Positions 50,195 to 61,760 of a stretch of DNA of 64,000 nucleotides are shown in pieces. The notes under the pieces are model-generated. The model did no database searches. It was not told where the DNA came from and saw only the letters and a list, made by a program, of their open reading frames with translations. Each line of letters opens with the position of its first letter. The first letter of the stretch is position 1. Source of the stretch: Mobula hypostoma (Eukaryota); the NCBI RefSeq assembly GCF_963921235.1, contig NC_086097.1, positions 120,902,001 through 120,966,000 on the forward strand. The letters run 5' to 3'. A program made the position numbers and the translations under genes.

Positions 50195-51080
50195 AATCAG
50201 AAACATGTTTAATATCACTGGCATATGTCATACAATCTGTTGTTCTGTTCATGGGTTCATTGCCCATACAGAAATCTGATGACAGGGGGGAAGAAGCTGT
50301 TCCTGAAAGATTGAGTGTGTGTCTTCAGGCTCCTGTACCTGTACCTTGATGGTAACAATGAGAAGAGGGTATGTCCCGAGTAATGGGGTTCCTTAATGAT
50401 GGATGCCTCTGTTTGAGGCATTGCCTTTTGAAGGTCTCCTGGAAGCTGGGGAGGCTAGTGCCCATGATGGAGCTGACTGAGTTTACGCAACTCTGCAGCT
50501 TTTTTTCAATCTTGTACAATGGTTCCTCTGTACCAGATGATGATGGTGCAGCCAGTAAGAATGCTCCACAGTACAGCTGTAGAAATTTGCGAGTGTCTTT
50601 GGTGACATAACAATTCTCCTCAACTTCTTAATGGATAAATCCTAAGAAATATTGATACCCAGGAACATGAAACTGCTCAGACTTTCCACTTCTCTCAATG
50701 ACAACGAGTGTGTGTTTCTTTGACTTCCCCTTTCTGAAGTCCACTATCAATTCCTTGGTTTTACTGGTGTTGAGTGCAAGGGTGTTGCTGTGACACCACT
50801 CAGCCAGCCTGATCTCCTGTACGACTCCTCATCCCCATCTGAAATTCTGCCATGTGTCATCAGCAACTCTTCTCGATAGTGTTTGAGCTGTGCCTAGCCA
50901 CACAGTCATTGGTGTAGAAGGTGTAGAGCAGTGGGCTAAGCACACATCCCTGCAGTGTGCAGTTGTTGATGGTCAGCGAGGAGGAGGTGCCCAGAGTGTG
51001 ATCACCCAGTGAGGAAGTTGAGGATCCAGTTGTGGAAGGAGGGTTGGAGGCCCAGGTTTTAGAGCTTGTTGATTAGATGC
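50195..51080 (-). mobile_element. Rex1/Babar-like LINE fragment
   Basis: KKLQSCVNSVSSIMGTSLPSFQETFKRQCLK; reverse-collinear with 59870-60880. Confidence 0.8.
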
Positions 51081-52104
51081 AAGGTCGGTGGTAATAAGTG
51101 TGTGCACAATATTGTTGTAGGGTGTATGTGGTGCCCAGGAAGGGGTAGCATCTCTGTTAAATGGGTTTGTCGTGTCAATTAAGAGGTAGTTCTCTCACCT
51201 TTTGACCCCACGGGGCATTTGGTTCCAAGTAGCCGCTTGCATGTGACAGTGGTCACATCCCGTTACGCTGTTTCAACACACTGGCTAAACCTGGTGAGTG
51301 TAGCCAGCAGGTAGGGACATGCCTTCCCAGCATGCAAAGTCCGCTCTGGAGATCCAATGGCCAGAAGGTTGGTTCTGCAACACTTCGTGGACAACAAAGG
51401 GAATGACAAGTCACAGAAATTCATGGTCATCAGTTCTGATGACTACTTGTACCACTGGACCCAGACTTACAAAGTCAAGAGAGTGGAAAATCCCCAGTGC
51501 AACAGTTTTTCCACTTTAAAAGCTCTCAGACAGACTTCTTCATGCAGTTCACATCATGAAACGCACCTATCTAAATGCCATTGTCAGATACGAGTGACAA
51601 CCAAAGAAATCATCAACATTTCTGTGAAAGATATCTCCTTTCCCTGAAGGAAATTCCTAATAATCTGTGTGGTGCTCCTTTCAGACAAAGACCTCAGTAC
51701 TGATGGTTCAAATAAAACTATCATCGATTAAAGCCAGTATACAGCTACCACCACTGGATTTGGATACCCGGAGTAACAGAAAAGAGCATGCATCTCTAGG
51801 CTTGCCATATGGGTATCTCTTGAACTATTACTGAGAGGTTGAAATGTATTGCACTATAGGAGCATTCTGAAAGATCACACAGAGCTGGAGTTCAAAATTA
51901 TGAGTGATTTATTAAAAAATGAAGTGCACCAAGAGATCAGCCAAAGGTGATCTACCTGAGCATGGATTTGGTACAGCTTCTACATTCTCAGTTGATAAGA
52001 ACACCAGTAAAACTACATTTTGGTAACATAATACTAGCCATGGAAAGACTTAACTAAGTAACAGACTAGGTCCTGATTACAGAATAGAGTAGTTATCCGC
52101 AGAT

Positions 52105-52705
52105 CGCAGATCACTCGCGAATTTCTACAGATGTACCATGGAGAGCATTCTGACTGGCTGCATCACTATTTGTAATGGGGGGGGCGGGATTACTGCACAC
52201 AATCAAGGTAAGCCGCAGAAAGTTGTAAAGTCAGTCAGCTCCATCGCAGGCACTAGCCTCCCCAACATCCAGGACATCTTCAAGGAGTAATGCCTCAAAA
52301 AGACGACATCAATCATTAAGGACACCCATCACCCAGGACGTACCCTCCTATCATCATTGCTACCATCAGCGAAGAGGTACAGGAGCCTAAAGGAACATCC
52401 TCAATAAAACATAGAATAGAACATAGAAATCTACAGCACATTACAGGCCCTTCAGCCCACAATGTTGTGCCGACCATGTAACCTACTCTAGAAACTGCCT
52501 AGAATTTTTTCTAAGCTCCATGTACCTATCTAAGAAGCTCTTAAAAGACCCTATTGTATCCACGCAGGTACAGCATCTTCCCCGCCATCAGATTTCTGAA
52601 TCGACATTTAACAAATGAACTCTACCTCACTACTTTTTTGCACAACTTATTAATTTAACTTTTATATATACTTAAAAGACCTAGCAGTAAATTGAATTTT
52701 CTATT
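52105..52705 (+). mobile_element. Rex1/Babar-like 3' fragment with a nested CR1 tail (~52410-52560, minus)
   Basis: ttctacagatgtaccatggagagcattctgactggctgcatcac; nested aacatagaatagaacatagaa tail. Confidence 0.75.
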
Positions 52706-52797
52706 ATCAGAATCAGAATCAGGTTTATAATCACCAGCATGTATGTCGTGAAATTTGTTAATTCAGCAGCAGCAGTTCAATGCAATACATAATATAG

Positions 52798-52798
<1 letters not shown>

Positions 52799-52848
<50 letters not shown>

Positions 52849-52851
52849 TAA

Positions 52852-52882
<31 letters not shown>
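52799..52882. repeat. Compound (TAAG)n(TAAA)n microsatellite
   Basis: Direct reading. Confidence 0.98.
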
Positions 52883-53279
52883 CAGTATGCATATATTGAG
52901 TAGATTAATTAAGGCATCTTTGTTGACTGTACTGACCTTGAAAGCAGTTGTGCTTTTTAACTGTATCAGGCTGCAACAAGAATATTTAATCGTATCCACT
53001 GAGAGTTCTACTATTAGAACAATGGGTGCACGGTAAAACATAATTAGTGAAGTTCCTGAAACTTGGATGTGGTCACTGTTACATTCCATGTCTCTGCTTC
53101 TGTCTGTGTGTCCCTGTTACCACATTAGTGCAATTTACTCCCGCAGCCCTCACTATGCCTTCCCCTACAGCAGAACAAAACTAATTTCTCTTAATTTAAT
53201 AAGTAAGGAGGTACTGAGTTAAAAGAAAAGCATACCAATCCAAAGCATGGAGGCGAAATATGACTTAGACTCCCGTTAT

Positions 53280-53705
53280 TATCCTTGTCTTATGAAGATA
53301 GGTTGGGTGAGCTCGGGCTTTTCTCTTTGGAGAGAAGAAGAATGAGAGGTGACTCGATAAAGGTATACATGGCATCTCCTTATAGGCATAGATCGAGTGG
53401 ACAGCCAGAGACTCTTCGCAAAACAGTGACGGCTAATAGGAGGGGGCATAATTTTAAAATGATTGGAGGAAAGTATAGGGGTGTCAGAAATATGTTCCTT
53501 TACATAGAGTGGTGAGTGGATGGAACACCCTGCCAGGGGTTGTGGTAGAGGCAGATACATTAGGGGCATTGAAGAAACTCTTAGATGAGCAAATGGATGA
53601 TAGAAAAATGGAGGGAAGGGTTAGATCAATTTTAAAATAGGTTAAAAAGTCAGTACAACATCATGGGCCAAAGGGCCTGTACTGCGCTGTACTGTTCTGT
53701 GTTCT
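53280..53705 (+). mobile_element. CR1 3' fragment
   Basis: SYEDRLGELGLFSLERRRMRGD...RGHNFKMIGGKYRG. Confidence 0.9.
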
Positions 53706-54109
53706 ATTACTTGCACAGTAAAATTATTCATGAACAAATATAGCCAAGTTTGTACTAATAATGACGCTGCCTGACTCCCAACCTAGAATTCCTATCTGAC
53801 TATATCTCCCCGCCAAGTATCAGCAGAAATTCTGTTAATATTCCCTTTGGAAGGACACCTCCCAACTGCCCTTATGTCCATGATTGCAGCATGGTTGGAT
53901 GCTTGTGGAGCTGCTTTGGCCACTGTTCAGAATATAATGATATTCTTTCTTAAAGTCAGCTCCTAGCTTTTCTCTTTATTATTGCCACATGGTCAATGTT
54001 CTGTTTTGAAATCTCCCTCCTTGGTTGTACCTTAGTGTAACATCACATTCTTTTTTGCAACAGACTGGGACGAGTAAGCATAGGCAGCAACACTTCCACC
54101 ATGGTTATT

Positions 54110-54830
54110 CCGAACACTGGTGTGTCCTCAGTGCCCATGCTATGCCCTACACACTCAGGGCTGCATGGCCAGATTCCATTCAAGCTCCATCCACAAGTTT
54201 GCAGATCACACTGCTGTTTTCAGACCTTATCTCAAATGAAGAGTCATAGTACAGGAAGGAGGAAACGAGACTAGTGACTCGGTGTGATTACAACAATCTT
54301 TCCCCCAGTGTCAGCAAAACAAAAGAGTGAGTCATTGACTTCAGTAAGTGGTGTGGAGCACATTTTCTACTTACAAGAGGGTTGAGAGCTTTAAATTCCT
54401 AGGAGAGAGCATCACCAATAGCCTGCCCAAGTCCGGCCACATTGACACCATGGTCAAGCAAGCTCACCAATGTCTGAACTTTCTCAGGAGGCTGAAGAAA
54501 CCTGGCATGTCCTCTTCAACACTCACCACAGAAACCATTTTATTTCCATGCATCACGAATTGGTATGGCAACTACTCTGCCCATGTCCACCAGAAGCTGC
54601 AGACACAACTCCACACTTGACAGAAACCAGGCTCCCCTCTAGGTACTCCATCTACACTTCTTACTGCCTCAGTAAAACAAACAACAGAGTTTATGACCCT
54701 CTCCACACCGGAAGTTTTCTCTTCTTCTCTCCCTAAATGTCCATCTGAGTCTACATGCCTGTGATGTTGCTGCAAGTGAGATTTTCATTGTACCTGCACC
54801 TCACCACACTGTGAACATGATCATCAACTT
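54110..54830 (+). mobile_element. Old Rex1/Babar-like fragment
   Basis: RVESFKFLG...HIDTMVKQAHQCLNFLRRLKK...CITNWYGN. Confidence 0.8.
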
Positions 54831-55667
54831 AACTGATCTTTAAAAGAGCATGGACTGAACTTCAGGAATTGAGCAGAATAGTGGTCTGTCCGGTTTTCTC
54901 AGTCGGAGAATTACTTCATGGCCCACCAAATAACTCTGCCCTTGCTGTCCAGTTTACTCATTCTCGAGTTCAAAGTGTTGCAAAATTAAAATCAATTTCA
55001 TTATCCAAATACATATATGTTACTATAAACTACCTTGAGGTATATTTTCTTGTAGGTATTTACAGGAAAATAAAGAAATGCAACATAATTTATGAAAAAT
55101 GTCTATTAGCAGACGGCATGCATTGAAGGAGAGAGGGGATAGGTTCAAAGGGGATGTGAGGGGTGAGTCTTTTACTCAGAGTGGTGAACGCCTGGTATGG
55201 CGGTAGAGGTAAATGCATTAGAGGCTTTTAAGAGATGTTGAGATAGGCACATGAATGTGAGGAAGATGGAGGGATATGAGCATTGTGTAAGTCAGAAGGA
55301 TTAGTTTTTGGGGGGGGGGGTTGATTTATTTTACGGGTGGTTCAGCACAACATTGTAGGTCGAAAAGCCTGTTCCTCTGCTGTACTGTTCTATGTTCTGC
55401 GTCATCTATGTTATGAAAGAACTATATATAACGAGACTGACAAACAACAAAAGTGCAAATTAAGGCAAACAGTGCAAAAAACATACTGAGAGCATGAGTT
55501 GTAGAGTCCTTGAAAGTGAGTGTGGTGACTTTAGAACCAGCTCAGCGTCGAGGTGAGTGAAGTCACCTACGCTGGCTCAGGAGCCTGATGGCTCAGAGTA
55601 ACCCTTGAGAAGTAACATTTATCCTGGTAGTTTCTCTCCTCTGATGACAAAAAAAAATGATAAAGGG

Positions 55668-55980
55668 ATGGCATCCATTAGTCTTGCGAGACCATGGATC
55701 TGCGCCTGGAAAGTCTTCACTCTCCAGGGTGCAGGCCTGGGCAAGATTGTATGGAAGACCGGCAGTTGCCCATGCTGCAAGTCTCCCCTCTCCACGACAT
55801 TGATGTTGTCCAAGGGAAAGGAAGGGCAAGGGCCAATACAGCTTGGCACTGGTGTCATTGCAGAACAATGTGTGGTTACGTGCCTTGCTCAAGGACACAA
55901 CACGCTGCCTCGGCTGGGGCTCAAACTCGTGATCTTCAGGTTGCTAGTTGAATGCCTTAACCACTTGGCCACGTGCCCAC
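55668..55980 (-). mobile_element. tRNA-derived CORE-type SINE
   Basis: Reverse copy of 60933-61205, with A box tggccaagtgg and gtgtccttgagcaaggcac. Confidence 0.85.
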
Positions 55981-56585
55981 ACTATAAAGAGATGACATTA
56001 CAAATAAAGAACAGTATATCCAGTGAGGTGGCAAAGGAATTAGAGTCTGCACAATATGAGGTGTGGGGGAGTAATACTGAAACATTGCCTTGGATAGAAC
56101 AGGCATCTGCCAATGTGAGACATGTAGAAAGCAAAACGCATTAATGGTAACCAGGGAAAGGGCCGATATTACATTTCAATGATGACTGTGCTTCAAAGAA
56201 ATACACATACTCAGCATAAAAACATAGTTTGGCAAATTAATTTGTCAGATCACTATTCAATGGAAAGTTCAAGCCAAATCCTGATGTAAGGAAAAATGCA
56301 TCTCACTGCTCCAAATATGACCAAAACACTTACAAAGCCAACTAACCCAGAAAGATATTACAATTCATAAATGGTTTGTTGAAATAAGGTGTCATCTCTA
56401 TTACAAAGCAAAGGCTGGACTGCTGTAAGAAAAATAATATTTCATTATACAGGGGCAAAAATGTATTTTAATGCACAATAGAAGTCTGCCCTCACGGTTT
56501 GAGGTGGACTCTCAGAAATGAGTTCCTCTAATGGGGATTCTAAAGTGGAGTTAATAAGGATATGATGCTGCTGTGAACATGGTAT

Positions 56586-57090
56586 ACATTCAGTGGCCAC
56601 TTTATTAGGTACACCTGTAAACCTGTTCATTAATGCAAATATCTTATCAGCCAATTATGTGGCAGCAACTCAATGCATAAAATCACACAGGCATAGTCAA
56701 GAGATTTAATTGTTGTTCTGACTAAATAATAGAATGGGGAAGAAATTTGATCTAAGTGACTTCAAGTGCAGAATGATTGTTGGTCCCAGATGGGGTGGTT
56801 TGAGTATCTCAGAAGCTGCTTTTCTCCTGGGATTTTGATGCACAACAGGGAATGATGCAAAAAATAAAAAGCATCCAGTGAGCGGCAGTTCTGTAGGTGA
56901 AAATACCTTGTTACTGAGAGAGGTCCGAGGAGAATGGCCAGACTGGTTCAAACTGACAGGAAGGTGACTGACCCAAATAACCATGCAATACACTAGTGGT
57001 TTGCAGAAGACCATCTCTGAATGCACAACATGTCAAACCTTGAAGCGTAAGGGCTACAGCAGCAGAAGACCATGAGCATGTGCTGAGTGT
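56586..57090 (+). mobile_element. Tc1-derived MITE with terminal hairpin collapsed
   Basis: TA+cattcagtggccactttattaggtac; ends catgagcatgtgctgagtg+TA. Confidence 0.88.
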
Positions 57091-57302
57091 AAGTCACGGA
57101 AGCACAATACAGTAATGATATTAGGAGCCTTTAGTACATATGTCTTTTGAAGCTCTCCCTCCAGATAATCTCAAATGCAATACTGATTTAATCTGTTCAT
57201 AGAAAGCACTCAGTCAAAGTTTAGCTTGTGTACAAATGGTGAAGTTATAAACATGTAATGTTTTGTCAAAATCAAAGTAAATTTTTTATCAAAGTAGGGA
57301 TA

Positions 57303-57873
57303 CACTCAGTGGCCACTTTATTAGGTACCTCTTGTACCTAATAAAATGGTCACTGAGTGTATGTTTGTGGTCTTCTGTTGCTCTATACCATCCACTTTAA
57401 GGTTTGATGGGTTAGACATTAAGAGATGCTGTCTGCACACCACTGCTATCTCACAAGTTTATTTGAGTTACTGTTGCCTTCCTGCCAGCTTGAACCAGTC
57501 AGGCCATTCTCCTCTGACCTCTCCCATTAACAAGGTGATTTTGCTCACAGAACTGCCATGCAGTGGAATTTTTTTGTTTGTTTTATGTGGCATTCTCTGT
57601 AAACTCTGGAGACTGTTGTGTGTGAAAATCCCAGGAGATCAGCAGTTTCTGAGATACTCAAACCACTTCATCTGGCACTAGCAATCATTCCACGGTCAAG
57701 GTCACTTAAATCAAACTTCTTCCCAATTCTGATGCTTGGTCTGAATAACAACTGAACCTCTTGACCTTATCTGCATGTTTTTATACATTGAGTAGCTGCC
57801 TATGATTCACTGGTTAGATATTTGCATTAGCATGCAGGTATACAGGTGTACCTAATAAAATGGCCACTGTGTG
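57303..57873 (-). mobile_element. Tc1-derived MITE, full copy with three TIR copies
   Basis: TA at 57301-2 and 57874-5; TIR copies at 57303-57328, 57334-57359 and 57848-57873. Confidence 0.92.
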
Positions 57874-58344
57874 TATGTCCTCATGTACTCATATCCTGCC
57901 TTGATATTCTTTTTCTTGTGGGTATTTACAGGAAAATAAAGAAATACAATGCTTTGTAAAAGGGAAAAGAAATTATATTTAATATAATTTCATATCAAAA
58001 TAACTATAATGGCTACTAAGAACATTACATAGCAGAGCCTGCAAGTACCTCAGGACTTCTTCAAAGCAAAATAAGAGTAAAGAGCACTTGGGAATTCCAT
58101 TTTGTATCAGGACATCCATTCATATGACTGTTACCTACACATTTACAAAAAGTACATTGGTATATTTTGTGTACGTCATTTGAGAAATTTTGATTGTTTC
58201 GCTGAGAAATGCATTATAAGTCTGCACACATCAATTTGGAATTCTATTCTCTTAGACTGGTTTGCCGTTCTCAGCTGAAAGATCCAGCAAGGTGGGACAA
58301 TGTACTCCTTGCCCTAGTTCTGTGTATGCAGTGATATTTTATTT

Positions 58345-58560
58345 TACTTACTTAAGCCCATCACCCCTACTGGGGCATAGGCCATCAACAGCAGCTCACC
58401 AGAGTCCACGGTTCTGGGCCAGTCTTTCAAGTTGTCCCCAGGAGCAGCACATCGAAGATCCTTCCTCTTCCAGGGATAAGGCATTTTGGATTTCAAAGGG
58501 GTGGGCTTGCTAGCCCCATGCCCAATTCTCCCCCTTTGCAACTAACTTAGGGCCGGCCAT
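58345..58560 (-). mobile_element. RTE-clade LINE 3' end or RTE-derived short element with (TAAG)n tail
   Basis: Minus-strand translation WGQLERLAQNRGLW*AAVDGLCPSRGDGLK* followed by taagtaagtaa, a typical RTE C-terminus. Confidence 0.75.
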
Positions 58561-58659
58561 GGAAATCCCTCATGTAGTTGCAGTATTTGCTAGCATCTGC
58601 TGAATGGAGGAAATTGATACCAGGACCTATTGGATCACTGGCCTGTTTCAAAGGGAGTC

Positions 58660-58970
58660 TAGTAGCGTAGAAGTTAGCGCATCCCTTTGCAGTGCTAGCG
58701 ATCACTAATCCGGTTTCAAATTCCACTGCTGTCTGTAAGTAGTATGTACGTTCTCCCCATGACCATGTGGGTTTCCTTTCGGTGCTCTGGTTTCCTTGCA
58801 CATCCCAAAGGTGTAACGTTAGGGTTTGGGTTTGTAAAATCTGGGTATGCTATGTTGGCAGCCCAACTGTAGGCTGCCCAGGACAATCCTCACTGATTTG
58901 ATTTCATGCAAACCGATGCATTTCACTGTACGATTCAATGTGCATGTGGCAAACAAAGCTAATCTTTACA
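58660..58970 (+). mobile_element. V-SINE (HE1-like)
   Basis: Head gtagcgtag...ggtttcaaattcc; V-domain gtgggtttcctttcggtgctctggtttcc. Confidence 0.8.
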
Positions 58971-59424
58971 TCACTCTGAGACCAGGCTCCAGACCACAAA
59001 CTCAGGGATACAAGAAATTCTGCAGATACTGGAAATCTTGAGCAAAATACTAGAGGAACCCAGCAAGACAGACAGCATCTATGGAGGCAAAAAGCAGTCA
59101 ATATTTAGGACTGAGATCCTTCATCAGAACTGACTTGTTGGACTTTATGACGCTGTCTGACTGCCGAGTTCCTCCTGTTTTTTGTGCGCCACACAAACTC
59201 TCAGAAAAGTTTTGGAACTTGTGTACCTTAGCCCTCTCCCAACGTTAAATCCCTTCCACTCAATGTTTGTCAGATCTGAAGATGATGATGCCCAGGAAGT
59301 TCTTCAGAAGTCAAGAATGAGGCGCATATGTTACAGATGAAGCCAGTTTATTGGAGGTTCATCACGGTACAGGTCAGATAGGGTCAGCATGCATCAGCAA
59401 GCAAGATAAAATAAAGTAGCTTAG

Positions 59425-59692
59425 GAGTTAGTGTCATGCTATTACAGTTTGGGGCCTTGTGGAGTTCAAATCTGTAAAGAATTTGTACATTCTATCCATG
59501 AACCACATTATGTCTCCTTCAGGTACTCTAGTTTCCTCTCACTGGTTAGTGCAAAGGCGTACCGGTTAGTAGGTTAACTGGTCTTTGTAAATTGTCCTTT
59601 GATTAGCTAGGGTTAAATAGCTGAGCTGCTGGGTGGTGCAGCTCTTTAGGCTGGGAGAGACTGTTCCGCACTGTTTCTCTAAATAGATAAAT
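59425..59692 (+). mobile_element. V-SINE (HE1-like)
   Basis: Similar to 5468-5752 (ggttagtaggttaa.tggtc.ttgtaaattgtcc; tctctaaata). Confidence 0.75.
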
Positions 59693-59869
59693 GAAGCAAC
59701 AAGAAGTAAGGAATGAACCTAAGCATATCCTTTCCTTTCATAAAGCAAACCAATCTGCACAGGTTTACAAGTAAAACATGTTTAACAGGTACTGACTGAA
59801 TTTCACGTCAGCTTTGCAGACAAAGAAACTACAGAGGTACTAAAATACAGAAATATTAATACCTATGTC

Positions 59870-60880
59870 AGGCTGCTGTTTATTGACTACAGCTCAGCAT
59901 TTAACACAATTATTCCTATAGGTCTGATCAAAAAGCTCCAAAGCCTGTGCCTCTGTATCTTCAACTGCAACTGGATCCTTGACTTCCTCACCAGAAGACC
60001 ACAGTCTGTGCGGATCAAAAATAATACCTCCAGCTCGCTGACAATCAACACTGGTTCACTTCAGAGGTGTGTGCTTAGCCCTCTGCTCTACTTTGTCTAC
60101 ACCCATGACTGTGTGTCTAGGCACAGATCAAATGGCATCTAGAAATTTGCTGACCACACAACTGTTGGCAGAACTACAGATGGTGAAGAGAAGGCGTACA
60201 GGAGAAAGGTATATCAGCTGGTTGAGTGATGTCACAGCAACAACCTTGCAGTCAGCATCAGTAAGACCAAAGGACCGATTGTGGGCCTCAGAAAGGCTAA
60301 CAGGAGGGAACTTACACCAGTCCTCATAGAGGGATCAGAAGTGGAGAGAGTGAGCACCTTCAAGTTCTGGGTATCAACATCTCTGAGGATCTGTCCTGGG
60401 CCCAACATATCAATGCAATGAGAAAGAAACACATACATATTGGGGGTTTGAGGAGATAGGGTATGTCACAAAAGATAATTGCAAATTTCCACAAATGTAC
60501 TGCAGACAGCATTCTAACTGGCTGCATTAGCTTCTGGTATGGGGGTGGGGGAGGCACTGAACATGATCAAAATAAGCTGCACAAAATTGTAAACTCAGCC
60601 AGCTCCATCATGGGCAGTAGCCTCCCCAGCATTCAGGACATCTTCAAGGAGTGATGCCACAAAAAGGCGGCATCCATCATTAAGGACCCCAATCACCCAG
60701 GACGTGCCCTCTTCTCACTGTTACCAACAGGGAAGAGGTGCAGAAGCCTGAAAACACACACTCAGTGATTCAGGATCAGCTTGTTAGCCTCTGCCAACCG
60801 GTTTCTGAATGGACATTGAACCCATGAAAACTACCTCACTATTTTTTTCTCTTTTTGCTCTACTTATTTAATTTAACTAA
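59870..60880 (+). mobile_element. Rex1/Babar-like LINE, RT to 3'UTR, decayed
   Basis: [23 protein letters not shown] and GCVLSPLLY motifs read from 59875-60090; SILTGCISFWYG. Confidence 0.85.
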
Positions 60881-60932
60881 TGGTCAGGTAGTGTTCATGG
60901 GTTCAGTATCCATTCAGAAATAGATATATATG

Positions 60933-61205
60933 TGGGTTGGCGCGTGGCCAAGTGGTTAAGGCGTCGGTCTAGTGATCTGAAGGTCGTAAGTTCAAACCTT
61001 GGCTGAGGCAGCATGTGTGTCCTTGAGCAAGGCACTTAACCATACATTGCTCTGCGACGACACCGATGCCAAGTTGTATTGGCCCTAGTTCCCTACCTTT
61101 GGACAACATCGATGGCGTGGAGAGGGGAGACTTGCAGCATTCTGGTCTTCCATACAACCTTGCCCAGGCCTGCGCCCTGGAAACCTTCCAAGGTGCAAAT
61201 CCACA
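60933..61205 (+). mobile_element. tRNA-derived CORE-type SINE with Pol III A/B boxes
   Basis: A box TGGCCAAGTGG at 60945-60955, B box GTTCAAACC at 60990-60998, and CORE-like tgtgtccttgagcaaggcacttaacc. Confidence 0.85.
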
Positions 61206-61760
61206 GAAAGTGCTATTAAACTTGATTCTGATTCTGAGAAGTATAAAAGCAGATATCCTACAAGTTCCTAAAAACCTACAGATAAACAATGATTACAGGG
61301 GCGTATAAACAAGCATAAAGAAAGCTAAGTCTACAAGGAAAAACACAATAAAAACAACAATTTGGACCCTACTCTAATACCTTCCTTTGGAGAATACAAT
61401 AAAGGATGAGTGCTTTCAATATGATGCAGTATAAAAATGTAATTTATTTGTTTTCTTTAATTTACTGCGTAAAACAAATCAGTTGGAAATTATCACTTAA
61501 ATCCCAGTCTGGAGGCACTCTCTTCATTCTCAATACCTCAAAAATGTGCCAGAACTGAAAGCCAGATTGAATCTCAAGAAGAGGCTTGGCATCCTGGGAG
61601 TAGTGAAAACTTCCCTAGACATCAGGCAACTGTGAATGTCAACAACATAAGGAGTGAATATAATAGCTAGGGACACATGCCAAAAATACATCTGGAATAA
61701 AGACTTAGCAAAACTGCAGTGCTAACTCTGCATAAAATATATGATTTTTCAAAAAATATA

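Noticed and set aside
51426..51443. CTGATGA as another hammerhead or a C/D snoRNA box
   Set aside because: It is part of a short palindrome gtcatcagttctgatgac, with no stem II-GAAA arrangement and no matching box partner evident.
55605..56144. 179-aa ORF
   Set aside because: It is antisense read-through of a CORE-type SINE plus flanks, with no recognisable domain.
60933..61010. Functional tRNA gene
   Set aside because: A and B boxes are present, but there is no convincing acceptor stem and it continues into a SINE body repeated at 55668-55980.
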